A program made the position numbers and the translations under genes. The notes below the pieces were generated by a model that saw nothing but the letters and a program-made list of their open reading frames with translations, was not told the DNA's origin and made no database searches. A stretch of DNA of 64,000 nucleotides, taken from positions 3,040,001 to 3,104,000 of the forward strand of contig CM097885.1 of assembly GCA_044892525.1 (NCBI GenBank), written 5' to 3'. This document shows, in pieces, positions 38,058-51,300 of the stretch (its first letter is position 1; every line of letters starts with the position of its first letter). The DNA comes from Schmidtea polychroa (lineage: Eukaryota).

Positions 38058-39033
38058 TTATCGGCAGTTGTAAAAAGTCTTGATCATTTGTAAATCATTG
38101 GCTGTTGTCTCGTGATTGTATCCGATCGCCCCTCCATTTTTCTTCACCACAACTTTCTCCCTAGGATCACAAGCGAATCCTTCACTGTTGTAATGCATGA
38201 CGCTCTCAGTTTCGTACGGTCCATCGGGTACACATCCACCGCATTTTGTAAACTGACTGCATTCTTGATGAATAGAAATATAAATGGAAATCAACGATAA
38301 ATATGAGATGAAAATGACTTACGACTTGTGAGGATTCTGCTCCAGTTGATAGTGATGTAGTTGTCTCTGTCATTTCTCATGTGAGTATGCATGAAGCCGA
38401 GGGCGTGGATAAATTCGTGTTTGATCGTTCCTTTCGAATACATGCATCCTGGATTTTGGAGATTCAACGGCTGGCTAGGACCTCCTGTAACTCCCAACAT
38501 GGAATAGCAACCTTCAGGTTTTGAGTTCACTTCGATGTAATGTCCATTTCTTCCTTCTTGAAATTTTACACAGTTTTGTAAATCTCTCTGCAGTTCTCCG
38601 AGAGATTGTCGCACTGTTTGTATTTTGTCTTGAGCTGGAATGAGAAATCAACAATGAAAATTGTCATTTCAACAATCATCATAAAACGTCTTACGGAAGT
38701 TTTGAGCGAATGAATACGTGACGACATTGTTAGGCCACTTCTTGCTGTCTGCGTAATGATTCTTGAACTAGAAATGAAAGAGTTGAGATAAGTAGATGAA
38801 GTATTATGGAAGATGAAGTACCCCGTTGATGAGCTGTATATCTATCGAATCCAATAGCATGTCTCCCAACCTGACATTATCAAGAGCTCTCGTTCTCAGC
38901 TTCACTGACTGGATAAGACAGAAAGATGGGACATGATAATTATAAATGATCTCACTTGTTTTGGACATCCGCATTGGCTGCTGGCATAGTCGATTGCAAC
39001 GAATCCTAAAAGCAAGAGAATTAATTTTTCCAT
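38058..39033 (-). CDS. Secreted astacin (M12A) metalloprotease, 5 exons
   Basis: Signal peptide MEKLILLLLGFVAIDYASS, propeptide LGDM, HEFIHALGFMH, RNDRD, Met-turn SVMHY; short GT-AG introns. Confidence 0.92.
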
Positions 39034-39306
39034 GAATATGTTGATACTGAATCCTTCCGGATTTTATATGATTTCCCTTGCTGCAACGTAAACAGGAAGT
39101 TCGTTCCCAACGAATGCAATCTAATTGAGGTTTGTTTTCATAACGAATTCTCTACGTTAAATGGCGAAATATTCCAATTAAAAATTGTTTTTGTTTATGT
39201 TATTAAAAAAACATTTATATCGATATTTAGATAAACAAAACTTCATTTGTTTATTGGACTCAGTGAGTATAAATGGGAGACTTGGTGGTAAGATTCTCAA
39301 TTCAAC

Positions 39307-40242
39307 ATGCACAAGTTCCTCATCCTTATTGTATTAGTAATTGCCAAGGAGGTGGCCAGCCAATGTGGATGTAACAAAAAGGTTTCCAATTCATTCTTTC
39401 TTTGGAACTTGGTTAATATTGACTTTTCAGAAATTGATGACACGAGCCATGGAAAACCTCATTGTAGGAGACATGCTACTAAGTAAGGCGGATATCGCTA
39501 TAATCAGTGGGGTATGCTAATTTTCATTAACCTCCTTATCTATTTGTCTTTTTTGTTTTAGTTTAAGCACCATCAAAGAGATGCTCGAGCATGGCCAGGA
39601 GGAAAGGTTTCGTTTGCATTTGGAAATGATTTCCGTAAGCTTATTCTGATGAATAAATTTCATTGTTCATCACCCTTGTAGCTGCTGACAAAAGAAATCT
39701 TGTCAAGCAAAGTTTGTATGAACTGCAATCTGACTTGGGTAACTGCGTTCAATTCTTTGAAAATACCCAAGGTCCCTTCATTGAAGTACATGCTCAAAAC
39801 AGCGGTTGCTTTGCAATGATCGGATTTACTGGTCAGAGGGGTCAATTTCTGAATCTACAAAATCCATGGTGTATGAATTCGAAGGGGACAATCAAACATG
39901 AATTTATTCACGCTCTTGGTTTTATGCATACTCACATGAGATTGGACAGGGATAATTTCATTAACATTAATTGGGGAAATATTCAATCAAATCGTTAGTT
40001 ATGAATGATAGTTGAACTGTTATATGTCTATTACAGAATGCTTTAACTTTGAGAAATGTGGAGGTTGCATTATGGATGGTGATTACGATATCCGCAGTGT
40101 GATGCATTACAGCAGTGACGCCTTCGGGTGCCGACAAGGAATGAATACCATGATCCAAAAGAATGGGCAATTGATAGATTATAACCATAACACTACTCCT
40201 AATGATCTGAGAATGATAAGGAGCCTCTATAATTGTCGTTAA
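39307..40242 (+). CDS. Secreted astacin metalloprotease, 5 exons
   Basis: MHKFLILIVLVIAKEVASQCGC, VGDM, HEFIHALGFMH, SVMHY; same intron pattern. Confidence 0.92.
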
Positions 40243-41168
40243 TTTCATGAAATAAATTTTGCGTTATCCCATTCTTTTCACTTCTTTTGACTTCTGTGCC
40301 TTTATAAAATTATTGTGTTATAAATCCTCTCCTTCGTAGTTCCTATGGTTTATTCATTACGTGTTTAGTCTAAACTCCTTTACCATACAGTTCCTTTGAT
40401 TACTTATTAAGTTTGTAAGAATATATTTCATTTCACAAAGGAAAATACTCCCTCCCAGTATGATAAAATTATGATCAAGGACCTTTTCCTCATGAAAATA
40501 AATAAAAGGTTAAAATATTAAATTAAATGAGTATTGTTTTAAACTAATATTATATATAAATCTATAAATCGGTGGGCATATAAATTGCTCCAATAATATA
40601 TTGCATTAGTAAAACAAAAAACTCATAATATTAAATAAAATGGATGGCAAGTATAAGTAATCTCATAATTAAATTACCTAATTAATAATTCTCGTGAATG
40701 ATTTGATGTGTGTGTATATTATTGATTGTCTGAAATATGTCTCATATTTCATGTTCATTATTACATACTAGTCATCGATTCTAAAGAGATATATATTTGA
40801 ACTGTTATGTAAAAAAATAGATATTAGAAAATTCTAAACTTTGATTTATTTAACAGTAAATAAACCAAATGAAAACCTAATATTAAGGAAAAAACTATGC
40901 AATTTATTAATATTAAAATTTACGCTACAAACATTACAATAGCCACCATTGGATGTTTTTGTTATTTCATTGTTGTTCTAGCAGGATGAGTTTGATTCAT
41001 ATGATTGTACTTTTAGTATTTATAACATCCATTGTTAAATACTAATATTTATTTAATTCAAAGAAAATTTACGTAGATAGAGGAAAATGTTTTGAATTTA
41101 GGAAATTGAACTAGCAATTGAACATAATATCAATTTAAATTTCTCAATTTCATATAATCATCAGACAA

Positions 41169-41600
41169 GTGGTCAAATTGAAAGACAATCTCGGACAATA
41201 CGACACTAGATACTATGTAGTATTAATTATAAGTTGTATAGAAACTGAGAAAAAACACTTCCAAGGTACTAAACATTCCCCAGTGGAAATTATATTTGGC
41301 GAACGCATAAACAAACATTGGCTTGTACAACGAGGCATAATGACAAATGAAAATATTAGAGACTAGATCTAAATTATATTATGTAACATTTATGACAACC
41401 ATAAAATAATTTATAGAACTTTCAACATTGGAGATAAAGTATTATTTTAAATAGATTTATGAAATAAAGATGATTATTGATACAGAGGCCCCATGGAAGT
41501 AATAAGGAACATTCGTGAAAAGAGCTATGAAATGATACATATTTTTAGTTCTAGAGTCATTCAAAGATTTTAATTGGTTAAAACCTTTTAAAGCGGGGGT
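41169..41600 (+). mobile_element. Decayed Gypsy integrase 3' end with PPT
   Basis: KHSPVEIIFG, FNIGDKVL and GPMEVI fragments, then AAAGCGGGGG|TG. Confidence 0.55.
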
Positions 41601-44600
41601 GATATAAATAATTTATGAATGAAATTAATTGATAATTATTTAGAATGATTTTATGTATGTGTATGGCAGTGCTTCCCAACCTTTTCGCCTAGTGACACGA
41701 AGCCAAACCTGAAAATTTTCACGATACACCAAAAACCCCAAAAACTAAGACCACGAACAAAACATATTTTTTAAAGAAAGTTTTTATTTAGTGAAAAAGT
41801 TGGGCTTGTTTTTGACCAAATTGAATCAAATCGAAGTTCCAGGTTCCAAAACAAGTTCACAATTCGTCGTCCATTCGAAACAGTCTTTCTCTTTTCTTCG
41901 ATTTGATTTCAGTTAAAGCTGAGAATCCAAACTCATCCAACCATGACGACGCAAAAGGCAAATAAATTTTCATTGCTTTCATAATTATGGCAGCATAAGA
42001 GTCGTTGATAGAAATCCAAAATACTTCCAAAATTTTCTCGTCAAATGTAGTTTTTAAAAGGCTGAGCTGACTGAATTAAATTGCATATGAAATCGAATTT
42101 GGCTAAATATGTGGATAAGGCATGATAGCTGTTTAGTTAGTCTCACGTTGATTTGTAATCCTTATCTGGCTACGCTGGTTACTTGCCTCATTTGTTATAT
42201 TTTTCGGTTATCAGTGATATAGGAAATTCATGGTACTCTCCGGTTGTATCATGTGTAAATGTGATTACTATAGCTCTCAGTGCATGACAGAAGAAGACTT
42301 AACATTAGAAGAATTACAGAATAGAAGCTGTAGATTACATAAGGGTGAGAATTTCTCCCCTTCGGCAAGATGCCAGTGCGATTGATTAAAATACAATTTG
42401 ATTTTTTTTACTCTCGTGGCCTTAAACGTGTGATTTTCCTAGTGTGTGACAACTAATAAACTGCATGCTATGTGGATCCGTGGTCAATCTTGTGCTTTAC
42501 CTAATGGAAATATGCTCGGGGATTTGTCTGAACTTGAGCCAGCCAATCGTTCGTGATTATGGAAATATTATGCTTATTAGCTCTCTATTATTGCTTCACG
42601 ATTCTCTGTGAAAATGATAGAAGATATGCTAATGTACTAAGGAGTTTGATTCTTCGATGTCATGCAATTATTTCAATGATGATGTGTTCGTCTTCTCGTG
42701 ATTATTATTGTGGATTATGTTTCCTCAGATGTTAGGCCTTTGTCACCTCAATCACTGCGATATTCCCTTCAACTCTAAGCCAATCATTTTTTAGTGAGCT
42801 CGACTCTATACATATGCTTTAACAATGTCTCCTGAGGTTTTTGTTTTACCGCTATACCACTCAACTACCTCATCTTCTGGCGACGGACCCGTAAAGAAAC
42901 TTTCACATTACGGCTTCAACGTCAGCAAAGAGATTGAAGATCCAGCATTTCCACCCGCAAAGCTTCCCGAAGGTACCTTGATTATGGAACATTGTCCTCA
43001 ATTCCGCTTATTTCAATGACATCTCTACTAAATCAACCCGTTGGCAATATCATATATTATTATTTTACTTTATTAAATTATTACGAAATTGTTATTAAAT
43101 GCATTTTATGATTAAATCCTATCGTGATCAAAAATGAAGACATTTACAGTTAAAATATTTAATTAATATTGATATACATGACACAAATTTTATGAAAATA
43201 ATAAAACCCTTACCGATAAGCAAGTAAATTCAAGGTTCCCAAATACAATTGAATTCCTCGTACATTGAATGCTAATTTCTCAAAGAATAAAATGGATCCT
43301 CGAGTGATAATTGCGTCCAACTGAAAACTAGAATGATTCCCGCGAAGCTTTATAGAATAGTAGATAATATTGAGTTAATAGCTCGTGGAAGCCTGTAGTG
43401 ATTAAAAATGACAGTGGAATAATCATTTTAGTCTGTTGTATATATAGTTTTGGGTCGGTCATCTGACCAATCAAAATTAACCTAGTCTGGTTTTATTCAT
43501 TTATTTGCTTATTTATAATTCACTGGATGTGATTGGTTGCACATAATTTATTTTCTAATTATTTTATTTTTATGTTTTCAGATTTTGGTTTTTATGTTTT
43601 GCCTTTCCTTTCCTTGGCTACTTATTATTAATTAAATGGTCTTGTCTTCTTTTTCTTTTTGAATTAGATAATTTGGTTTATTTATTTTTTTCCTCTTAAT
43701 TTCTCTTTTTTATTATTTTACTTGTTTCCTATTTCATTGTTAGCTATTGGTTTATTGTCATTTATACTTGCTCAGTTATTCTTATTTCTTATTTCGGTCG
43801 GTATTTTACATTATTTTATTTATTTATCTGTTTTATTTTCATCTTTATTTTACTTTACTGACTATTCCACTGCACTACCAGGTATTATTTTAACAGGAAA
43901 ATTAAGAAGCGGTGTGAACATCTCAGTTCTCAGCACAACAGAATCAATCAGAATCACTGATTGAAATTGAAATAAAGTAATTTTCCAAAGAAGGTTGTAA
44001 GTTATTAAAGTGGATTTAATGTCTGTGGAAACCTTTGTCTTTAGGCTTGATTTGTTGACTTCAGAAGTTTTTTCGGAGATTTCTCTTGCCCACAAAGTAA
44101 GCTTTTCATCAAAAGGCTTGATTATTGAAGTCGCAGTGATAACATTCTTTGCTGGTCCTTGCAGTTGGTTTAATTTTTCCAAAAGATCTATTAAAAACTG
44201 CACTTTCAACTACCAAATCGGATCATGGAGAAAATTCCAGTTACTTCGGTTTCAAAAATTATTATAACTTCAATCTTCAGATTAACCAGCCGCTTTATAA
44301 TCTTTCCATTCGATAACCAACGAACTTCAGTATGAAACAATAGACATTTGAAATCAGATTCCCTTACATTACAGTGTTGAGCAAATATTCGCGTTCGAAG
44401 TGGACGAGTTTTGATGAAATTCACCACCTGAATTCCTTGATCCATTACTGAAGTTATTATGATTATGAAACAAGAGCTTCTCGGTAAATCATGCAGTAAA
44501 CGCCAGAGATTTTCGAGTTCTTCTGTTGTGCCAAAGAAACAAATCCTTTATTCCTTCCAATCATTGAAGTACATCCATCAGTGAAAATGCTCACACAATT

Positions 44601-44835
44601 TTTCCAGTGCAAATTAAAATGCGAAACATTCTCATGAATAAGATCAAAAATATTTTGTCCTTTTGTTGTTTCTTTCAAATCTTTCTAGAACAGAAATTCA
44701 TTGAAAGGTTTTCCATCTTTCACAAAAGCCATCAACTACGCTTTTCCACTTATATCAGTTGATTCGTCGACCTTGAAATGTTGTTGTTGACCTTATCAAA
44801 ATGTTCACAAAGTAGATCTTGGAAGTCTTCAAATA

Positions 44836-45098
44836 TCTCTCTATATAAAAAGGCTAAGGGTCCCCTCCATCCGAATTTTCTTTTTCTTTTTCTTTTTTTT
44901 TTAAAATTTTTTTTAAAATTTTTTTTAAAATTTTTAAATTTTTTGTCAAATAAATAAAATAGTTTTTTATTAGTTTAGCTGTTTTGGCGCAAGTCTTGTT
45001 AGTTATTTAACGGGTTTACGTTTAATCCATACCTAAACATCATTAACCCCACGTTCTAACGGGGTTGGTGAAGTGAAGCGCAGGGGCAGAGCCCCTAG
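44836..45098 (+). mobile_element. Non-autonomous Helitron
   Basis: 5' TCTCTCTATATAAA, 3' hairpin GGGGCAGAGCCCC and CTAG, inserted between A and T. Removal restores the hAT frame RIKDIFED. Confidence 0.8.
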
Positions 45099-45501
45099 TA
45101 TCTTTAATTCTGCGAGAAATCATATTATTCTTATTTATTTTCTCCGCAGCTTCAGATCCCACCAGAGTTTCAACACAGATATGTAAATCTGGAGTTATAA
45201 TTGACTTTGCATCCGTATAAGGTTTTATCCATTTTGCAAGTACCTGAGAGACTTTGTAGTTAGCAATTATTCCTTTCACAGCTTGATTTACACCAGTTTT
45301 GAGAACTTTTGATTATTTTTGATAATTTGGAGCAGCAGCAAGACTTTCAAAATATTCTTTTGTCTTTCCTATGCGATTTGGATGTTTAGTTTTTAGATGT
45401 CCTTTAAGTTTATTTGGATTCAATTGAAAGGTTTTGACAAACAAATCAAACAGAATGGAACTTGAGAATCATTAGATCCTTGAGCATTAAATCCATATTG
45501 A

Positions 45502-45911
45502 CAGGGCCGTAACAAAGGTGGTGCGAGCGGTGCAGTCACACCGGGCGCACATCTGAATGGGGCGCAAAACTGGGATGTAACATTTTTTAATGTTAATAAA
45601 AAATAAAAAAAATTATCAAATTGCATGCACGAAAAAAGGGCACCCTAGCTAGCTTATCTTTAACATTGCTGGTTGGACTGGTTCACTAACATGCCCTCGT
45701 AGGTGTGTAATTTGTAAAATGTTGGTCCACAAAATGAGTTCCTGTCATTTTTTCAATTTTAAGAGCATTACCACCTATTGTAATAGCTGGAGATGAATAC
45801 ATAGTTAACAATCTTAACATGAACATTATAATTATTATAGTAGGCTGTTTTGAATTGGGGACCCCAGATATATGAACCGCACAGGGTCAATAATGCCTTG
45901 TTAAGGCCCTG
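45502..45911. mobile_element. Non-autonomous hAT-type element (MITE)
   Basis: TIR CAGGGCCGTAACAA / TTGTTAAGGCCCTG; 8-bp TSD CATATTGA. Confidence 0.9.
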
Positions 45912-46189
45912 CATATTGAATATAATATTTCCGTTTTTTTTCTTTATTTGAGTTTGATGATTTCACCAAAGATTTATCCACCCCTGTCTAGTAAACTGTT
46001 CGATTATTATTATATAAATTATTTATAGAAAAATGCATCTAACCACAAAGCTCTTAGTATTGTAAAAAATTGCAGCAGTCACTATATACCAAAGGGACTT
46101 GCAGTTGTGGAACTTGTGTATCTCCTAACCAAAATCACCGGTTAAATACAACCATGTGACCAAGAAATTATTGCTTGTTATTATTATTG

Positions 46190-46272
<83 letters not shown>

Positions 46273-46328
46273 GTAATGGATTAAAATATTTTTTTACGGA
46301 TGTCTAACAATAAAATAAGATAAACATT

Positions 46329-46711
46329 ACAAGCTTTGTGATACCCAGTGCAAATCCCAATAGTAGACTAGTTTCGAGCTTTTGGATCTCATCAGTACTA
46401 TGCAGGAGACGCGAAGATTTCTTTTCGCTAAAAATGCTAAAGGTTTACGAATGCATTTGTAAACAGTTTCTGTGTATGCTGGTGTCTCCAGAGACGAATA
46501 TGATTTTTCATACGCCATGTTTGCAGATATTTTTTTCTGTGATTTACCGAATTTGCAAGTGATGTGATTTCCAGTGTAGCAGGTAAAGTATGCAGTAGAG
46601 TTGAATCAGCAATATTGTATACTTACCTAGCGCGAAGAGAAATCTTCGCGTCTCCTGCATAGTACTGATGAGAGCCAAAAGCTCGAAACTATTGGGTATC
46701 ACAAAGCTTGT
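46329..46711. repeat. Inverted repeat from a Penelope-like element end, next to (ATT)n
   Basis: 46329-46430 is the reverse complement of 46628-46711 with small indels. Confidence 0.8.
46360..46401 (-). ncRNA. Minimal type I hammerhead ribozyme (Penelope-type)
   Basis: Minus strand reads ATAGTA CTGATGA GATC-CAAAA-GCTC GAAA C-TA-GTC TACTAT: stem I 6 bp, intact core, palindromic stem III, GUC cleavage triplet. Confidence 0.75.
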
Positions 46712-46719
46712 CACGTTTA

Positions 46720-46767
<48 letters not shown>

Positions 46768-46973
46768 GCGATCAAATAATAAGATCAACAAATGAACCTA
46801 AATTGATCCTTATCCAAATAACATTTAGAACGATTTTAATTTCCTTACTATTCAAACAAAGTTTCAGACTGATTTACATTTGTTTACCTCTTCAAAATGT
46901 TTGTTTAATGGAATGGCCGGTAAAATCCCATTATAAAAGTTGGCGGATCCGGAGTCCATTAATTCCAATTGTC

Positions 46974-47926
46974 ATGAGAAGTTTATTTTGCCTTTTGTTG
47001 ATAGTTGCGGCAGTTAGCTACGTATCTGGCCAATGCGGATGTCCCCGCCAAGTATTCAATTGCCTATCATTACCATGGCTAAATGTATAATTGTATTGCT
47101 TCTGTAGAAACTGCTCAAACGAGGCCACGACAGCATGCAACTGGGAGATATGGTGCTTGACAAGAGTGACATTGCACTGATCAATGGGGTAAATATCATA
47201 TTATATACCTTCATCATTTGATCCCATTCAAGTTCAAAGCTCATTACTCGAATTCCAAAAGATGGCCAAATAATCAAGTTTTGTTTTCATTTGCTCCAGC
47301 TTTCCGTTAGTTTATTTCATTGATAAAGGTTTTCTATATTTTCATTGTGCTCCATTGCAGCTGGTGACAAAAAGGGCATCGTACGAGAGTGCTTAGTGGA
47401 ATTGCAAAGGGATCTGGGAAATTGTGTCAAATTCAGTGAATCAAGTGCCAGCCATTATATTGAGGTACAATCTCTCAATCAAGGTTGTTACTCTCTCTTG
47501 GGTTACACCGGAGGACCGAAACAGCCATTGAACTTGCAGAATCCTGGATGTATGTACTCGAAAGGAACAATCAAACACGAATTCATCCACGCCTTGGGAT
47601 TCATGCATACCCACATGAGAAAGGATAGAGATAACCACATCACTATCAAATGGGATAGGATCTTGACCACTCGTAAGTTTCATCTTTTACCTACATCAAG
47701 TTAGTAATTTGTATTTGATGCAGACTGCAGTCAATTTGTGAAGTGTGAAGGTTGCGAATTGGACGGACCGTACGAAACCAACAGTGTAATGCATTATCCA
47801 AGCTACGGATTCGCTTGCGTTCCCGGAGAAAATGTCGTATTTAAACGAGACGGAGGACTGATTGATTACAATCACGTAACAACAAGAAATGATTTGGACA
47901 TGGTCCGAAAATTTTACGAATGTTAA
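46974..47926 (+). CDS. Secreted astacin metalloprotease, 5 exons
   Basis: TATAAAA at 46932; MRSLFCLLLIVAAVSYVSGQCGC; HEFIHALGFMH; SVMHY; introns approx. 47052-107, 47189-232, 47306-360, 47673-723. Confidence 0.92.
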
Positions 47927-48339
47927 ATTTTGAACAATAAATACTTTACCCAGATGCGTGCTTTATTCCTATTTTCTATTATATTTCTTCCTATCTCATC
48001 TTGGACTCCAACATGAGTTCCCCCTAATAAGAGTTTCGTCCCAAAAATTGAAGTGGTAAAGACAGAACTATACGCAACCCCAAAAATAAAATAAAACAGT
48101 ACAACAAAAAGATAATACAATATAGAAATCAAACTGCGAACATTTATACAAATCACAGAAAATTATTTTCAGTATTTTTCTATCACAATGATAAATTATT
48201 GTTCACAGAATGGCTCGCACATAGCTAGATAGCTAGGATTTGAATTGAAACTGCGATTGTTGAACTGAGGACGTATAGCTTATTGTTAGATGGTTAATCT
48301 TTGATGGTTGCCACCTCATTTTCCGTTTATAAATCTGGG

Positions 48340-51300
48340 AAGTGAGGTGCCTCCTTTCCGGTTACCGTCTTTGATTAGTATGTCAAAGGGTAATAGCCGT
48401 TGGATGTTTTCATATCTCTACTTTTGAGACACTTAGTGGATCCCAATTCACGTATTCCAAATGCGCGTTGGGTGGGAAATTTGACTACGTCTAATAATTC
48501 CTTTACCAGTAATTCCACAAGGATTTTCCCGTCGCATATTTCCCGTATTCTTTCGGCGCAATAATCTCCGATAAACTGACCTGTTACAACTCTCTCGATC
48601 ATACCATGCGCATAATATTGGTAATGTTTGACCTGTTGCCTGGGGGTGACCCGTGTATTGAGTATTATATCACCACTGAAGTGAGCGATGGATATCGCCA
48701 CTAGCGTCGACCTGAGAAACTGTCATAGTGTCACATAATGAGCAGCAACGATGGTCATGCTATCTTTTTGTTTTGGATTCAATAGCTGCCGAACAAAGGA
48801 CGTAAAAGTATATAAATCATAGTTGTTGACGTTATACGACCAAATATTTTCATTCACCATTCTAATTTGGGGTTCCATATTAGGTACTATAATAGGCAAA
48901 AACGTATGCATGAGTCTCTTTATAAGAGATATTCGTATACTAAATTTTATTACTACCTAGAGCTTTAGGTAAGTATAGATTTTAAGATATATATAAATAT
49001 TCATGTGATTTTTCCCTTGAGGGAGTCTGTAGTTTTCATAATTGAGTCATAAGCACTCCATCGCAAACATCCCTGACTTATTTGAAATAGAGCTTTGTCC
49101 AAGTGCCAAATGCCCATAGCCACTAGAGTGGTTGCTAATGATAACACTACTGACATTACAATCGAAATAGTTTGTCCAATTTGGAGTAGTTGGGAAAGAT
49201 ATTCGTTTCATATTTGATAATTGTCTGAGATGTTGCCACATAGAGGGATATATCAACATAATCTCCTTAACTACCCTTTTAGTGACATTAGTTAAGATAG
49301 GTTTTCTAAGAGGTAATGTTTCCCTCAACACCTCAAACCACTCATCAAGTCCTCGAATACGCTTTGGACTGATTTAGATACGTTCGTTTTGAGTAGCCAT
49401 TCTTCACTAGTAATTCAACTAATTTATCTAAACTTTTTATTGAATTTTTAAAAGTGGAAGATAAATTTCTGTCTCATATTGTTCATCTTTACATTTAATT
49501 AACAAGTCAAGAAATGCTATGGATGAATCTTTCTCAGTTTCACATGTGAATTTAATGTTCTTATGCAATCCATTCATGTAATGTAAAAAGGGTTTTACAT
49601 GTTCCTCATTTTTAAATATCAGAAAAATATCATCAACATACCTTTTATACACAATTGGTTTTTCATATTGAAAAGAAACAATTTTCTTTTCTAAACATGC
49701 CAAAAATATTGACGCCATTGTTGGTGCTAAGGACTAACCCATAGCCAAATCAATTAAATTAAAAATAAATAATTACACACAGTCATGTATGCGTGCAAAA
49801 GTAATTCAAATTTTACTGCATTCTGATTGGATGTAGTGGCAGAGAATGCATGGATGCACAGTCAAATCAGTATAAATACTGAATAAAAATTCAGTTAAAC
49901 AACACAACAACTAGTAGTTTTTCAACTTGAACTTGTAACTTGTTTTGATTTTGATATTAATTAGCTCTCAGTTTTCGGTTTATGTCATCGTGATAAGTTT
50001 GAATTGGATTTGGTAATTTTATAAAATTTGTAATTTTTATGTAATTTTTTAAGGTAAACAATCTTTGTAATAAATTTAGTTCTAGCTATCTTATTTTTTG
50101 TTATTTTTAATTGTTAATTTGTCGTTTTAATTTTTAAGTTTATTAATTTGGAACAACAGTTACAGTTTAGTGGAAATTCAGCCTACCACGGTTTGGGATA
50201 CCTTCGGCATGCTTAGACTGGTGGGTATGCTGATTTTTCGACCACGCAGCTGGCTTCTCCACGGGTGTGTCGCTGTAAGAGTTTTAGTAGAACATAGGTT
50301 AGAATTAGAAATACAGGCAGATCCTTGCTCAAAATGTTTGAAAAGTAATTTGAATATTGTAGAAAGTATAGAACAAAATTTATGAACTTGGAAATAAAGG
50401 CGTATCCCTGTTCAAAGGTTTTTGAAGGATTAGTTAAATATTCATAAATATTACGGAAAACACATGGTAACATTTATTAACAGAAAAATAAGGGCGGATC
50501 CCTGCGCAAAATATTTGAAGGTAACTTTAGCAAACATCCAGAAATGAGGACCACAATGAAAGGTATACAAGAGAGTAATCTAACAACAGGATAGATAATG
50601 AACAATAACGTAGGGCCTTTTACCAGCAGTCCAGAACCCGAAAATAAAAATATCATGAGAAGTAGTTTTAGCAATGTAGCTCACCTGCTCATGGATTTTC
50701 AGCCATTGTGTACAGAACCAATATGGTCGTCGCCATGGGTACACAGATGGTATAAAGACAATAGTCATGAGGGCATTTAGGAAGGAGTCAATTCTACATC
50801 TATAAGTAACACTAACACATCTTAAAATTAAAATGAGACATCCCTAAGACACAATACTCTGATCCACACACGAATTAAACGTTATTGGCTTCTAGCTGCG
50901 TGAATGGGAAAGCTATTACCGAAATATTTCGTATGAACTTGCTGTAGAAAACCCACTAGGCCCAAAAACCCTTTGATGTGTTTAACGGTTTTGCCTCGGG
51001 GATATTCTTTACTTTCTCGACGTTCGCTGGGTCTGGTTTAACCCGGTCGCGTGAGATGATATGGTCGACATATACCGCTTCCGGTTTTGCACACTTGTAT
51101 TTCATCGGTTTCACTTCCATTGCATTAATCAATCTTCTGAATACATCCAGATATTCTAAGTGCTCTTCCAGATTCGGCGAGAATTGCTTTGACATCGTCG
51201 ATGTATACCATCGCATGGTGCACGTCCATAAATTAATTGCTCGTTGAAATATTTCAAGGGCTCCCGTGATTACGAATGGCATAACATTATGTCCCATACT

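Larger units (their letters stand above)
41667..45990 (-). mobile_element. hAT (Buster/Charlie/ZBED5-like) transposon fossil
   Basis: End CAGTGCTTCCCAACC; fragmented transposase motifs (CLICL BED finger, DESTD, TDG..SM.G, HTEVRWLS, LNQLQG, EFGFS dimerisation region). Confidence 0.85.
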
